A DNA stretch of 64,000 bases from Selaginella moellendorffii. Its lineage: Eukaryota; Plantae; Lycopodiophyta. Made by a program: the position numbers and the translations under genes. The notes under the pieces were generated by a model. That model worked only from the letters and a program-made list of their open reading frames with translations, had not been told where the DNA came from and did no database searches. The first letter of the stretch is position 1; every line of letters starts with the position of its first letter. The stretch lies in assembly GCF_000143415.4 (NCBI RefSeq), contig NW_003314311.1:602181-666180 (forward strand), in the 5' to 3' direction. Of this stretch, positions 20,663 to 35,100 are shown piece after piece.

Positions 20663-23600
20663 AGTGAGACACAAATCCCAGAGCCCCAAAAGTGGAGCCG
20701 AAAGGGTGCCATGTGGTAGTGGCTGAAGTGGAAGCCAAACGAGCATAAAACATTTGGACTAAAAGTTTTGACTTAGAAAGTCGAGAGCAAGAGTGGAACT
20801 CTCAATGAAGCGCTCAAGGAAAAAGTACAAAGCGAGCAATACATGAGTCTCAAGAAAAGGGACATAAGAGGACTATTACATGACACGTGGAAGTGTCAAG
20901 ATAAACTCGAGATGGACCTGAGAGGGAGTCTAAGATGGACATGAGATGGAGTCCAAGATGGACCCAAAATGGAGTCTCGAGATGGAGTCCAAGATGGACC
21001 TGAGATGGAGTCCAAGATGGACTTGTAAGTGACTAAATTTTCCATTGTACTTTAGTCACTTAACCACACCTTCAACCACTTGGAGGAATCTCACTCACAA
21101 CCTCTATAAGTTCTATTTTGAACTTGGGGCTTTCTAGCTCTGCAAATGGCATCCATGCCACTCAACTTTTGCACTTGGTTTAAGTGTTCCACATATCCAA
21201 TCCCATGACTGACACCCAAAGATACCATTGACATATCAACCCGTTACATTAAGGCTATGCCCATTCACCTTTGTCACATTAATGATCCAACACTATTTAC
21301 ATCACAATCCTATCTTTCAAAGACTAAGCTATCCGTCCATGAGTGATCATCCCAGATCCACTCCTTAGCATCCTTAGGATGCTCATAGACATGAAGAACA
21401 ACTTTCCCTAATATCCCTTTTTTGGTCCCCACCAAATCCCTTTCTATCCATGGTCACATTCACCAACACTGCCATTGGGTCAAGGCCCATAGGCCCAACC
21501 ACTAAGTCCCACTGTCCTCTAGGACTTCCTCACCATGTGACCGTATCCCTGGTCACTACACCAAAGGACTACTTCTCTTCCTTTCTATAGTTCGGGATTT
21601 TGGGACAACATTTCGGAATACTATGGCCCTATGCAAGCCTCGTGGATACTCTCCCCACCTTATGTCTTTGGGTGCTCTAGACATGGGGTTAGAACGAGGT
21701 TCCATTGAGCCATGCTAAATATCCAAGTAAGTAGTGCCACCCACGCTTGGACTGGGAGCATTGACTATTTGATCTCTCGAAGGAGCTATAGCTGACTTTT
21801 GAACACTTCACCACTTGTCTGTTCATATTCACTCTAACTCTAGACTCTTTAGTGGATATATCATCACCCAATATGATATAGCATAGCCTTCCTAGGTTAT
21901 ACTAGCCTTTCCTGGCCAAACTAGTTCCATTAGAGTCCAAGCCCCACATTCTCCTTACTATACTTTTGGAACCCCCTGCAGCCCCCCCTCTGGGGGACAT
22001 CGCTTTGGGCTTTCACCCAACACCCTGTATTAGTATTTAGACTTAAACTTGGACTGGGACTGGTCTTGGACTCGGACTCAGACTCAGTCGTGGTCTCGGT
22101 TCCATCTCGGACTCCATCTTGGACTCCATTTTGGACTTCATCTTAGACTCCATCTTGGGTCTATCTTGGACTCCATCTCAGACTTCATCTCAGGTCCATC
22201 TTGGACTTCATCTCGGGTCCATATCAAACTCTATCTCAGACTCCATCTCAGACTCCATCTCAGGTCCATCTCAAACTCTATCTCGGGTCCATCTTGGGTC
22301 CATCTTGGACTCCATCTCAGGTCCATCTCTGATCCATCTTGGACTCCATTTTAGACTCCATTTCGGGTCCATCTTGGACTCCATCTTAGACTCCATCTCA
22401 GGTCCATCTCGAACTCCATTTCGGACTCTTCCACGTGTTATGTGTTGGTCCTTTTGTGTCCCTTTTCTAAAGACTCACTTATTGCTTGCTTCAAGCTCGT
22501 TCCTTGAGCCCTTAATTGGGAGTTCCACTCTTGCTCTTGACTTTTCAAATTGAAGCTTTTAGTCCAAATGTCTTACACTCATTTGGCTTTCACGTCGGCC
22601 ACTACCACATGGCCCTCTTTTGGCTCCACTTTGGGGCTTAGGGATTTGTGTTTTATAGGACTTGAGATGAAGTCCAAGATGGAGCTGAGACCAAGAGTGA
22701 GACCAAGATTGAGATGGAGTCCGAGACCGAGTCCGAGTTCGAGTCTGAATCTGAGTCTGAATACTAATACAGGCTATTGGGTGAAAGCCCAAAGTGATCG
22801 TCCCCTTGGGGGTGGAGGGGGGGGGGGCTGCAGGAGGTTCCAAAAGTGAACTTTAGTGGAACCAATTTCGCTAGGAAAGGCCAGTGTGACAAAGGAAAGC
22901 TATACCCATGTGTTGGGTGATGATATATCCACTAAAGAATCCAAAGCTAAAATGAATACATACAGATAAGTGGGGTAGTTTGGTGAAGTGTTCAAGGGTC
23001 GGGTCTAACTCCCCCGGGAGATCAAAAGTCAATGCTCCTAGTCCAAGTGTGGGTGGCACTACCTACTTGGATACTTGATGTGGTTCACTAGAACCTCTCT
23101 TTAGTCCCATGGCTAGGGCACCCAAAGGCGAAAGGTGGGGAGAGTACCTACGAGGCTTGTATAGGGCCATAGTGTTTCGAAATATTGTCCCAAAGTCCCA
23201 GACTATAGAAAGGAAGAGGAGCAACCCTCTGGTGTAGTGACTAAGGAAATGGTCATATAGTGAGGAAGTCCTAAAGGACAGTAGAACTTAGTGGTCGTGG
23301 ACGAAAAAGGATTCAGTGGGGACCGAAAAGGGATATTGGGGAAAGTTGTTCCCCATATCTAGGGGCATCTTAAGGATGTTAAGGAGTGGATCTAGGATGA
23401 TCACTTATAAATGAATGGCCCAATCTTTGAAAAATGGGACTGAGATGTAGGTGGTGTTAGATCATTAATGTGATAAAGGTGAATGGGCATGGCCTTAGTG
23501 TAACGGGTTGATATGTCGGTGGTATTTTTGGGTGTTAGTCATGGGATCAGACATGTGAAGCACTTGGACCAAGTGTAAAGGTTGAATGGCATTGATGCCA

Positions 23601-23723
23601 TTCTTGAGGTTAACAAGCCCCAAGCTCGGAATAAAACTTATGGAGGTTGTAAGTGAGGCTCCTCCAAGTGGTCGAAGGTGTGGTTAAGTGACTAAAGTAA
23701 AATTGAAAATTTAATCCCTTACA
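20663..23723 (+). mobile_element. Solo LTR of the LARD family, interrupted by a second solo LTR
   Basis: TSD TCTAC at 20658-20662 and 23724-23728. Confidence 0.8.
21024..22657 (-). mobile_element. Solo LTR of the LARD family nested in the minisatellite of another LTR
   Basis: TSD GGACT at 21019-21023 and 22658-22662; opposite orientation. Confidence 0.8.
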
Positions 23724-23729
23724 TCTACC

Positions 23730-25450
23730 TCTATTAATATCATTTGGTTATGTTTAATCTGTGGTGTTAAATTACATTGAGTCTTAAATATGGTGAATCA
23801 CTCCTTGATGAAGTGTTATCTATAACTGAGTATTGTTAAAGAATTAGTCTTAGATATTGACTAAGGTATCTTTGAATTTAGTTAACTTGGTTACTAAAGA
23901 GTTTTGAGTGGTGATTCACTCTTGCTTTTTTCTAGTTTTGTTTTATTGTTGATGGTATTAAAGTGAGGTGTTATCATTGACATTGTTGATGTTGAGATTC
24001 GAGTGAAAGAAGATATCTCTCTAAGGATTGATATTGAGTTTCATTAGTTTCGATGTAAATAGTATTGATGATTTTGGCTATAACTTTGTGTTATTGACAT
24101 TCATAAATTTGCTAATTAACAATTATATATTGGCATTCAAACAAACTGAGTAGCAAGTTTAAGTTGCCTATGTTTTAGATGAGATTATTTAATAAGGGTT
24201 GAGCTTTGCCTTTTTTTGAAATATCATTTAGTCATGGACTATACTAGCTTTGCGAAAGGAAGAGTTAGTGATCAATATTGAAGATGTTAACTTTTTGTTG
24301 GATTTGACTTAGGGAATTATTGACGATTCTTTTTGTGCTTGTTATATAGTGAGTTACATTTTGCTATAGATGATGGATTTATAGACGATCGTTTGTTGAT
24401 CACTTGTTGAGCATAGTTTTGTTGTGCTCCACTTTTGGATTGACGTAGAAATATTCTTCATTAGTTTTGTATTATGAAGTTTAATTTATAGATGTGTTGA
24501 GAAGGATATTATGGGTTGTACCATGATTTCTTTTTGGCATTGACATTAATTCATGCAAGACTTGTAATCATTATTAAGCGAGACTTGGCTTTAAGCTTTT
24601 AGTTCTTTAAATTTTTATACACATTGTTTCATTTGCTAAAAGTTGTTGGAAAAGGCATTTTGGCTCATTAGTTCTGATATTGAAATTAGTATTTATATTT
24701 AGTAATCATTGATGATGATTAACTATCTTTTAAGATAATTGATTATCCTTGTTAAAGGTTATGATTTGTTGTTCTTTGAGATAGGATTCTTTACTCAACA
24801 ATGATTATGCATCTCTGATTGGATGATTGATATTCTTTCATGTTGTTATCATTGATGGCTTTTGGCTTTTTGCATTATCACATGTTTTTTGTGGTTTATT
24901 CTAGATTAGTCTCTTGGGTTTGAGATATTGGTAGAATGTTGCTAACATTTACTTAAGCAACTTGAGTTCCTTCGTATTATTGATTAGGATTTATTCAGAT
25001 TAGCTAGTGCAATTGTTGGCATGAATGTTGTGTTTATTAGTCTTTGCAACATTCATTTTATTATGTTGATCATTAACTATAGTTGGTTCTAATATATTGG
25101 ATATATTTTCTTTAGATGATACATTCATGAGTATTGTTTTCTTGTTAGTCAATAATACTTTATGTTCTTTGAGCTATCTTACATAAGTTGTTTAGCATGA
25201 TATCTGTAATCTTTGATAGTTAAGTTTTATTAGTTTTCTTGATGATACACTAACTATTGAATTTTGTTAAATGGTGAATCCTATGTTTTCCAATTATAAT
25301 AATCTTAGTGGTTCCTATACTCTAATACTGGGTTATCATGATAACTTACTTAGAATACTTTTGTGTTATAATCTAAGATTTATTCATTGATAATTAAGTC
25401 ACTAAGATATCATTGTTTATGACTTTATTATTATCCATATCTTGATCTTT
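23730..25450 (+). pseudogene. Heavily decayed Ty3/gypsy-like pol (RT region) remnant
   Basis: AT-rich. Only ghosts of RT motifs in the expected order (DY..L near 24235, LDL..GY..I near 24300, MxF.L near 24475); no ORF. Confidence 0.3.
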
Positions 25451-26899
25451 CCATTTGGCCCACTATAAACAAACTGACTTTGGCACGACATATGCATGGT
25501 GAAATATTTAGTTATGGGGTAACTACTATCAATTGGGTCACATCACCTGTTTCTCTGTCGATGTTCCTTGTTTCGTTAAAAAGGGCGTGACTGTGTAAAC
25601 AATTCTAATTGCCTATTTATAATGGTTTATCTAAACCTTACTCAGTCTGAGGGATTTAGTTTTTATGCTTAGGAGGGTTGAGGCCTTTAGCTTCTCTCTC
25701 TATATCACCTGCAAGTAGAGACATATCATCTTTTGTAAGCTGGATGATACCCAAAGCAACAAGGGTGATTAACTCTGTTGGTTTTTTTTTTATCGATGAT
25801 GGTCAAAAGGTGTTTGAGTTGTAATGCATTTGTGTTAGATAGAAAGATTGTCTTTAACTCATTTAAGTTGGTGCATTTCTCACAAAGTATAAATACTATG
25901 AATTTTTTCTAAAGTTGTTTAGTGGTGGTATAGACTAGAGTATACATCGACAAGGAAGTAAATTTTCCGTAGAGTGTTGTAAATGTGGTTGCGGGTATTC
26001 AAAGTTACCTATTGGCGAGTCTTTTTAAATATTTTTTCCTTACTACCATGATGGCAGGAGGTCAGTATTGCTGGACCCTTTATCAGTCTCCACCCAAGTT
26101 AGTTGAGAAATTAGTCATTATATATGTACTTATGATAGATAAACATAAGGAAGGAACTCCTATGTGTTTCTTGTTGAGCATACTTGGTATAATATGAGAA
26201 ATTTATATGTTGGCTTACATTTGCTAGTGTTGGGAACCCTTGTGATATTAAGTTTGGTCCCTCAATATGTATTTACGAAATGTAAAGATTATGTAAGAGG
26301 TTTTAAATGTATAGTAGGGATAATGGGTAAGTCAGGCATAGCTAACCAACCTAAGGCATAATCTAGCTCTTGCTTAAGCGTCTGTCCTTATTCTATATCT
26401 GACTTAGATTTAAGCCCAAGTTCCATCCCATGCTTAGTGGAATACCTATATTCTCGCATTAGGCCACCAATATGCTAAATAACACCAAACTTAGTTTGGC
26501 TCTATTTTGCATGTTGGTCTTGACATTGGGATGCTAAATGTTTGAGGACTATTCCAAGTCACTCTGTACTCTTGTTTCTTCACTCCTTGGGCTGTACAAA
26601 AGTCACTCCGTACTTTGATTTTGTCAATCTTTGGCTCTATACTTAGGAGTTTAGCTTTGTTCCTTCATTTTAGTGGTCTAAGGCCTTGAAATTCAGGTTC
26701 CACTTTGCTGTTCTTAGATATGTGGCATATAGAAGGTTTAGGTTCTGCTTTGTGATTATCCTATGGTAAATCATTATAGGATAAAGGTTGTAAACCACAT
26801 GCACTACAACAACTAACACCCAAAGCTACTACTAATATATCAGCCTATTATCCTAAAGCTTTATCTATTCACCTTTATCTTTTGGGTAGTCTAAGACCA

Positions 26900-28066
26900 C
26901 CTGTACTAGTCCCAAAGATTGGGCCATTTGTCCATGAGGGGCCATCCCATAAATACATTTTAGCATCCTTATGATGCCTAAAGATATAGGGAACACCCTT
27001 CACTAATATCCCTTTTTCAATTCTTATTAAGTCCCTTTTTGTTCATGACTGTGCTTGCCAACACTACCACTAGGTTAGGGCTCAAAAGCCTAACCATCCT
27101 ATTGACCTCTAAGACTCCCTTACTATGTGACCATATCCTTGGTCACTACATAAGAAGATTTCTCCTCTTCTTTTCTACAATTTGGGGTTTTGGGACGACA
27201 TTTCAAAATACCATAGCTACCTTTGGGTGCCCTAGCCATGTGGCTAGAGCAAGGTTTCAATGAGCCACACTAAATATCCAAGTAAATAGTGCCACCCAAA
27301 CTTAGATTGAGAGTATCAACCATTCGATCTTTCAGGGAGCTAGAGTCAGCTCTTGAACACTTACTCCACTTGTCTGTCCATATTTAATCTAGTCTTGGAT
27401 TCTTTAGTGGCTATATCATCACCCATCACATGGGTATAACCTTCCTTAGTCACACTAGCCTTTCCTAGCCTAGTTGATTCTACTAGAGTCCTCCCCTTAC
27501 TAACCTTTTAGAGCTCACCAAACCCCCCAGAGTTTGGGAGACAATCGCTTTAGGCTTTCACCCTCGAACTCGAACTCGGACTTGGACTCGGACTCAGACT
27601 CAGACTCGAACTCAGACTCAGACTCGGACCCAGTCTTAGTCCTGATTTTGATCCCTATATCAGACTCCATCTTGGACTCTATTTTGGACTCCTTCTCAAA
27701 CTCCATCTCAAACTCTTTCTCAGACTCTTTCTCAGACTTTATTTCAAACTCCATCTTAGACTCTATCTCGAATTCCTTCATCTTGAATTCCTTCTCGGAT
27801 TCCATATTAGACCCAGTCCCGACACTTCCATATGTCGTAACACTTGCTATGTGTCAATTCTTCTTGTATCCTTTTATAGAGACTCATTCATAGATTGCTT
27901 AATGTTCATTCCTTAAGCACTTTATTTGAAGTTTCACTCCCACTCTCAACTTTTCAAGTCAAAGTTTTTTATCCAAATGTGTTATGCTTGTTAAACTTCT
28001 ATTTCAACCACTACCATATAGCATAGCTTCAGCTCCATTTTGGGGTTTAGGGATTTGTGTCTCACA
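26900..28066 (-). mobile_element. Degenerate LTR fragment of the LARD family
   Basis: Diverged minisatellite at 27560-27820 and terminus GGGATTTGTGTCTCACA at 28066; left boundary uncertain. Confidence 0.65.
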
Positions 28067-28229
28067 ATCATATGCTCAATAGTGGATATCACAATTATAA
28101 GCACATCCTTGCCCTTGTCCTTGAACACAAGTAGCAGAAGCAACCTCACATTTTCGTGAGGTATCAATATAAGGCTATTGAACAACAATAAAACATATAC
28201 ACAACCAACACATTTTCCAGAAGAATCAA

Positions 28230-28249
28230 ATATATATATATATATATAT
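28230..28249. repeat. (AT)10 microsatellite
   Basis: Directly visible. Confidence 0.9.
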
Positions 28250-28399
28250 TCTTCTATACCCACAAAAGATTTTCAAGCTTTCCCCAAACTTTTGCTCCAA
28301 CTAATTTAGACCAAGTTCATACCCTCTAGGATGGAATAAACTCATCCTTCTTTATATTCCACTATCATATCAATCCAATAAAAAAGAAGGCTTCTTTTT

Positions 28400-29050
28400 T
28401 ATTTTCCTCTAAGAGTTCTATAGATGTGTAAATTTATTCTAATTTTGACCACCTAAAACCTCTTTTTTCTATTATGTATCTTTGGAGTGTGTTACGTATG
28501 TGTTTTTGTTTTCCCCACTTCATGTTGATAAAAGAAAAATCTACTTCCTCTTCAATCAAGTGGTGTTTTAGCATTCTTGTTTAGAATGATTTTCTTGGAT
28601 AATGGTTCCATATTTATGGTCAAGACATTTCATGTTTTCACATTTCAATTTGGGATACGTCCCATTTTCACAAGTGTTTATTATTTATAAATAGATGGTT
28701 TGGTGGAACAACTCATTTGGACCTTCAAATGAATGATTACAAAGTACATGAACTTTCAACAATTAGATTGGGATGGTTATTTATTATTTCTTTGGCATGC
28801 ATATGCTATAGAGGTATAAAATTTTGTTAGTGCTTCACCATATAAACTCCTATATGGTTATGATCTGATACTACCAATGAAGTTGAGTTTAACTTCATAA
28901 TTGCTATGAGTTGTTGATGTTAGGTCTTAAGATCAATATTTAACGAGCATTCTTCCACTAGGTTGAGTGGAGTTTGTTGAACACTTGGGTTGTGCACAAG
29001 TGGAACAACAATGACACTACAACCATTATAGGATATTCTATTATACTTAA
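28400..29050 (+). pseudogene. Decayed retroelement integrase remnant
   Basis: Ghost motifs D-N-G-S-x-F (~28598) and D-G-L-V-E (~28693) in rve order; many stops. Confidence 0.35.
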
Positions 29051-32000
29051 ATTTTATCTAGTTTTTAAATTTTTATTTACTTAAAAAAATTTATCCAAAT
29101 AATTTTAACATCTAAATTGTCTACTTTCCCAATCTTATTGTATGTGGTTTGTCTAAGGGGCCCCTTGCTAAGTGGAAGGGACCATATTAAGTGTTGCAAG
29201 AAGAAGTTGATAAGGTTTGGCATAATTTTTAATAGGTCAACCATCCAGAAATTATACATGTGTAATAGCTAAAATGCTTCATACAAAGGAATCAGTAACA
29301 ACTAACACCACCTAAGATTTACTAATGTTTCCTCCTAATATTCCTTCAAATCCTAGCCCATCAATTAAAGATGCTTGACTACCTTCTATCCTTTTGAGAG
29401 GAGAGGTGTAAGCAAATAAATTTTCCATTTTACTTTAGTCACTTAACCACATTTTTAACCACTTGGAGGAGTCTCACTCACAACCTCCATAAGTTTTATT
29501 CTAGACTTGAGCCTTACTCGCCTCGAGAATGGCATCCTTACCACTCAACCTTTACACTTGGTCCAAGTGCTCCACGTATCTGATCTCATGACCGACACCT
29601 AAAGGTACCACCGATATATCAACCTATTACACTAAGGCTGCATCTTCACCTTTGTCACAATGGTGATCCAACAATACCTATATCATAGTCCTATTTCTCA
29701 AAGATTAGGCCATCTGTCCATGAGTGGTCATCCCAGATCCATTCCTTAACATCTTTAAGATGCTTGTAGACATGGGGAATAGCCTTCCCTACTATCCCTT
29801 TTTCGGTCCTCACCAAATCCCTTCTTGTTTATGGCCATGTTTGCCAACACTGCCACTAGATCAAGGCCTACAGACCCGACCACTAAGGATTTCCTCACTA
29901 TGTAACATAGTTTTTTGCAAAAGCGTGAAAGTCCTTAATCATCAATTTTTGTTCAAAGGCATCTTTTTGAACATTCGGGGACTACTTCCTCAACCTTGAG
30001 AGCATTGTTTCATGGCAAGCTTCAAGACCACACTTCTGTTGCGCCACTTTAATTTTGTGTGCTCTATGAACCATTTACACTTAGCTTTTTAGGTACTAAT
30101 CTACTTAAAATTGTTTTTGGGAACCTTGAAGGGACTCTATCCTTTAGCTTGCTAAAGTTTCTTCTTTCACAAGTTTTCAAATTGCCATATAGTCTAATAT
30201 GGACAATTTCATATTTTAAACTCTCCATGATATCACAATTGCTAATAACAATATGTTCGAACATCCATTTAATTCTCCACTCCCAACTTGCATAACCACC
30301 CTTGGTTATACCTTTCAATTCCTTGGTTTAATTCTATCTCTTTATTACTTGCATTTAGCTTTACACGTTTCTTTTAGTTATTCTCCTCTAGACTAGAAAG
30401 ATAGCTTTACACTTTTTATCATGCCTTAACAAGTATTCTTAAGGATGAATTTACCTAATAGTCTAGGGAGTGGTTCCTCAATCCAAGTATCCTTACTTTA
30501 TAATCCCACACACCAAGATTAACATTATTACTTATGGGCCTTTATATGCCTATCACTGGCCTTGCCAAAATCCCTTTTTTGGCTTTGTCCAATTCGGATA
30601 AATGGATTTTTCCCGTCTCCACAACCTTAAACTTTGGATAACACCTCTTATTCATCATTCATTAAAGACTTAGTCCTTTGGGCCTTATCTAACGCCTTAA
30701 TGATATCAAACACCAATTCCTGGTGTTTTAAAATGTTTGGGTGTCCCATTGATGGCTTTATTTGACAATGAGCATTCCTTTATGACATTGACTTATTATA
30801 TCGCAACATAAATGATTTATCCCTCATAAGGGTATATCTAATTTTTTTATCCCAATAAAAAGTCTTGGGTAGTTACTTTTTACTAATTTAATTAATTATT
30901 TTGCACCTTTTGCTTAGTTGTCTCGTAGTTGTCAAGTCTTACAACTCATTACTGGTGCTTCCATACCTCCATCATTATTTGGGTCACCACACTCCAACCG
31001 CATGTCTTCTAGCTTTGGCTATGCCATTCCTATTTTCATTAGGATTCCTTTGGGAAGGGATTCTCATAAACCTACCAACTTGACCTCAAGGCATCACACC
31101 TTGGCACATTTAGTGTTTCCACACCATCCGCTCCACGGGCCTACATTTATGACACTTCCTACTTATGTCTAGGTCTTTACCAAGACCAATACAGTTATTT
31201 CTCATGCCAACTATCTGTTAACACTACACCATAATGTTCACACATAACTCTGTGCCAAAATTGTTTTCTTTTGAAGAACATCTTTCTCATGACTTTAGTA
31301 TGGCATATTCCACCATCAAATACTTGGATCTTATGATCCTCCCCATCCTTCGTGGGGCACAACACACCTTAGTCTAAATATTTCTATTAATCCTCTAGGA
31401 CCATTCCTTGACTCCACTTGACTTTTTTTGACTTTGCTAATTCGATGACCCATAAGGTCCTAGCCTCTTGGCTATTTTGAGGTGTCAGTTCATTAAAATA
31501 TATCTTTTTATATCCATATCTTATTCACAAGGACCATCTTTGTAAGTGTTACTTTGACACTTGATTATTTTCCGTTCTCTTTGAGCTACTTTTGCCCCTT
31601 AGGATTATCTATCCATATGATGAGAATATTGACTCATCCTCTAAGTATACCCTAACTCCTTGGTTTGTTCCAGCATTTATAAAAGGTAACCCCAGCTATT
31701 ATTTCAAGGACTTGTGTCCTCATCCGTATTTGACCTTTCACGGTCATTAATTTCGGTCTCAAATTCATGAGCACCAACCTTAACTATATGAGGATAATCT
31801 TATGACTCCTTTATTGTTTTAGAGTCTCTATCTTTCTCATGATCTTAACTATAGTTGTTTACCATAACTACATTAGCTAGTTTGCTAAGTCAAACGCTCT
31901 TCCCTCAACTCTCTAAAAAAAACTTTATATTATTTCCCAAGATCCCAAAGTTGTTACATTATTGCCCTTTACTATCCACCACCTCACCTACAAATTCACA

Positions 32001-32197
32001 CATGAACTGTAGTGGAGAGCTATATTTTCCTGACCTACTACTCCTCAAGGATAAACCTACTTCTAGGACCTTCAAATGCCAACACTAGTGGTGATATACT
32101 TGACCACCAATAAAAATCAAACTAAGGAACAGATTTGATACCAAAATATAAGCAACTAAATTTTCCATTCTACTTTAGTCAATTAACCACACCTCCA

Positions 32198-35100
32198 TGT
32201 AAGTGACTAATTTTTCCATTCTACTTTAGCCACTTAACCACACCTCTAACCACTTGGAGGAGTCTCACTCACAACCTCCATAAGTCCTATTTTGGACTTG
32301 GGTTTGCTAGCCCCGAGAATGGCATCCCCGCCACTCAACCTTTGCACTTGGTCCAAGTGTTCCACGTGTCCGATCCCATGACCGACACCCCAAGGTACCA
32401 TTGATATATCAGCCTGTTACGCTAAGGCCATGCCCCTTCACCTTGGTCACACTAGTGGTCTAACACCACCTACATCATAGTCTTATCTCTCAAGGACTGG
32501 GCCATCCATCCATGAGTGATTATCCCAGATCCACTCCTTATCATCCTTAGGATGCCTGCAGATATGAGGAATAGCTTTCCCCAATATCCTTTTTTTAGTC
32601 CCCACCAAGTTTTTTTTTGCCCATGGCCGTGTTTGCCACCACTGCCACTGGATCGAGGCCCACAAGCCCAACCACTAAGTCCCACAGTCCTCTGGGACTT
32701 CATCACCACACAACTGTATCCTTGGTCTCTACCCTAGAGGACTACTCCTCTTCCTTTCCATAGTCTGGGCCTTTGGGACGACATTTCGGAACACCGTAGC
32801 CCTACACGAGCCTCATGGGTACTCTCCCCACCTTCTGCCTTTGGGTGCTCTAGCCATGGGCTTAGAGTGAGGTTCTATTGAGCCACACCAGGTATCCAAG
32901 TAGGTAGTGCCGCCCACACTTGGACTGGGAGCATCGGCCAGTCGATCTCCCGAGGGAACTAGAGCCGGCTCTTGAACACTTCACCAAGCTATCCTGCTTG
33001 TCGGTCCATGTTCACTCTAGTCTTGGACTTCCCAATGGGCAGCTCATCACCCAACACTGGGTACAGCCTTCCTGGGCCAAACTGGCCTTTCCTGGCCAAA
33101 CTGGCTCCACTGCAGTCCTCCCCGTTACTATACTTTTGGACCTCACCAAACCCCCCAGGGTCTGGGAAACGAATGCTTTGGGCTTTCACCCTCTCAGACT
33201 CAAACTTGGACTCAGACTCGAGCTCGGGCTCGGTCTTGGCCTCGGCCTCGGTCTCGGTCTCGGTCCCAATCTCGGTCTCGGTCTTGGTCTCGGTCCCGGT
33301 CTCGATGTCGACCTCGGACTCCATCTCGGGTCCCTTTCAGACTCCATCTCGGATTCCATCTCGGGTCCATCTCGGACTCCATCTCGGACTCCGTCTTGGT
33401 CCATCTCGGACTCCATCTCGGACTCCATCTCGGGTCCATCTCGGACTCCATCTCAGACAGCATCTCAGACTCCAACTCGGGTCCCTTTTTGGAGCCTCGC
33501 TTATTGCTTGCTTCGTACTCGTTTCTCGAGCCCTTTGCTGGGAGTTCCACTCCCACTCTCGACCTTTCAAGTCAGAGCTTTCGGTCCAAACGTGTTACAC
33601 TCGTTTGGCTTTCGCTTCGGCCACTACCACGTGGCACCCTTTTGGCTCCACTTTGGGTTTAGGGATTTTGTGTCTCACAACTCCACCACCCATAGACGAA
33701 GTTCGATGTCCTCATCGAATGATAAACCCTTTTATAAAGTAACACCCGCATGTATTACCATTTCCATACTTGGCACCCAGCCAATATTTGTCTATGGTTT
33801 GACACCGAAGGCTCACCATGCCTTGTCCATCCTCTAAGGAGCATAGTCTCTCCAGCATAGAGACTCACTCGACCATCTGGTGCTTCCTTTTATTGGTTCA
33901 ATTATCGCAAAACCTGTTAGAGACACCCTCTCTAACTCGATTCCACTACTCATTCTCGAGTACTCTCAGATCCCATCGGCATAACCTTTGCACTTTGGAA
34001 TTTTTAATTTTGACTTTTCAGAGTCAATTTCCTAGGTGTCTCCGACACCTTACATTGCACATGGTGCAACGCCACTTCCCCATCCTAGGAAGTTTTTTAC
34101 TTGAGGGCACCATCATCCTCTTTTCGATATCGTGCCACCTTTGGCACTAAGTTCTAGTTATCATAATTTGTGCTAGGGCTGCCCACGGCCCTATCATTTG
34201 GCTACTTTACCGCTTCCTGCCTTGGAACTTCCACTTTCACCAAATCGGAGCAATTGGGAATCCATCCTTGGAAACACATTGCCTTTCACACAATTCGTTA
34301 GCACCCAACACATTAGTGTTCTTGGCCTAACTTTGCATTTTGGATTCTTTCCCATGATTCCCATGGCTCTTTTCTTAGCCACTAGTCTTTTGCTCCTATC
34401 CTTGATTGCTACACCCAACAACATCAGATCACTACCTCCATTCTCGAGATATCCTTTCAGTTCCATAGCAAAGACTTTGCTTTGCCAAGTCCAAAGGGTG
34501 TTCACCTCTAGTATGTCTCTTTAGGATTTTCTACTGTGGGCTCTATCCCTGGCCCAACTTTGTAACCCTCCCATGGGTCTCTTATAGAGACTACTGTAAG
34601 CAACCAAAGAGAACGACTTGAGAGACGATCCATGGGGTTTAAATATAGAGGGAAAGGGCCCATGAACAAGAGTGCACCCCCTTTTCCAAATGGTTAAGGG
34701 TCTTGGGATAGTTGGAGTTAAGCGTCCTTGGGTTTGAATAGTACTGGGCTGGGTGACCACCCGGGAAGTCCAAATTCAGGAGCTTACATTTGGTATCAGA
34801 GGGGTCTCAGGTCCGACTCTGTTGGTTGGCTAGGGGAATCACACCACATGTTAATTGACATCTGGCTGGTCCAGTTTGCTCCCACTGGGCTCGACCCGAG
34901 GGGTAGGGTGTCAAGAGAGCGAGGCTCTCAGGAGAGCTGCGGCTCTCAGCTTCCGTTCACGAGGGCGTGAACTTGCAGGGAAGCGTGGTGGATTGTAAGC
35001 AACTAAAGAGAACGACTTGAGAGACGATCCATGGGGTTTAAATATAGAGGGAAAGGGCCCATGAACAATCGTGAACGGAACTTGCAGGGAAGCGTGGTGG

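Noticed and set aside
25450-26900. AT-rich stretch possibly holding another old LTR or gene fragment
   Set aside because: I could not define termini, a TSD or coding motifs by eye.
34715-34772. 5S rRNA gene
   Set aside because: Only the internal A/C-box-like segment is present, embedded in 194-bp LTRs; this is the Cassandra hallmark, not a full 5S gene.
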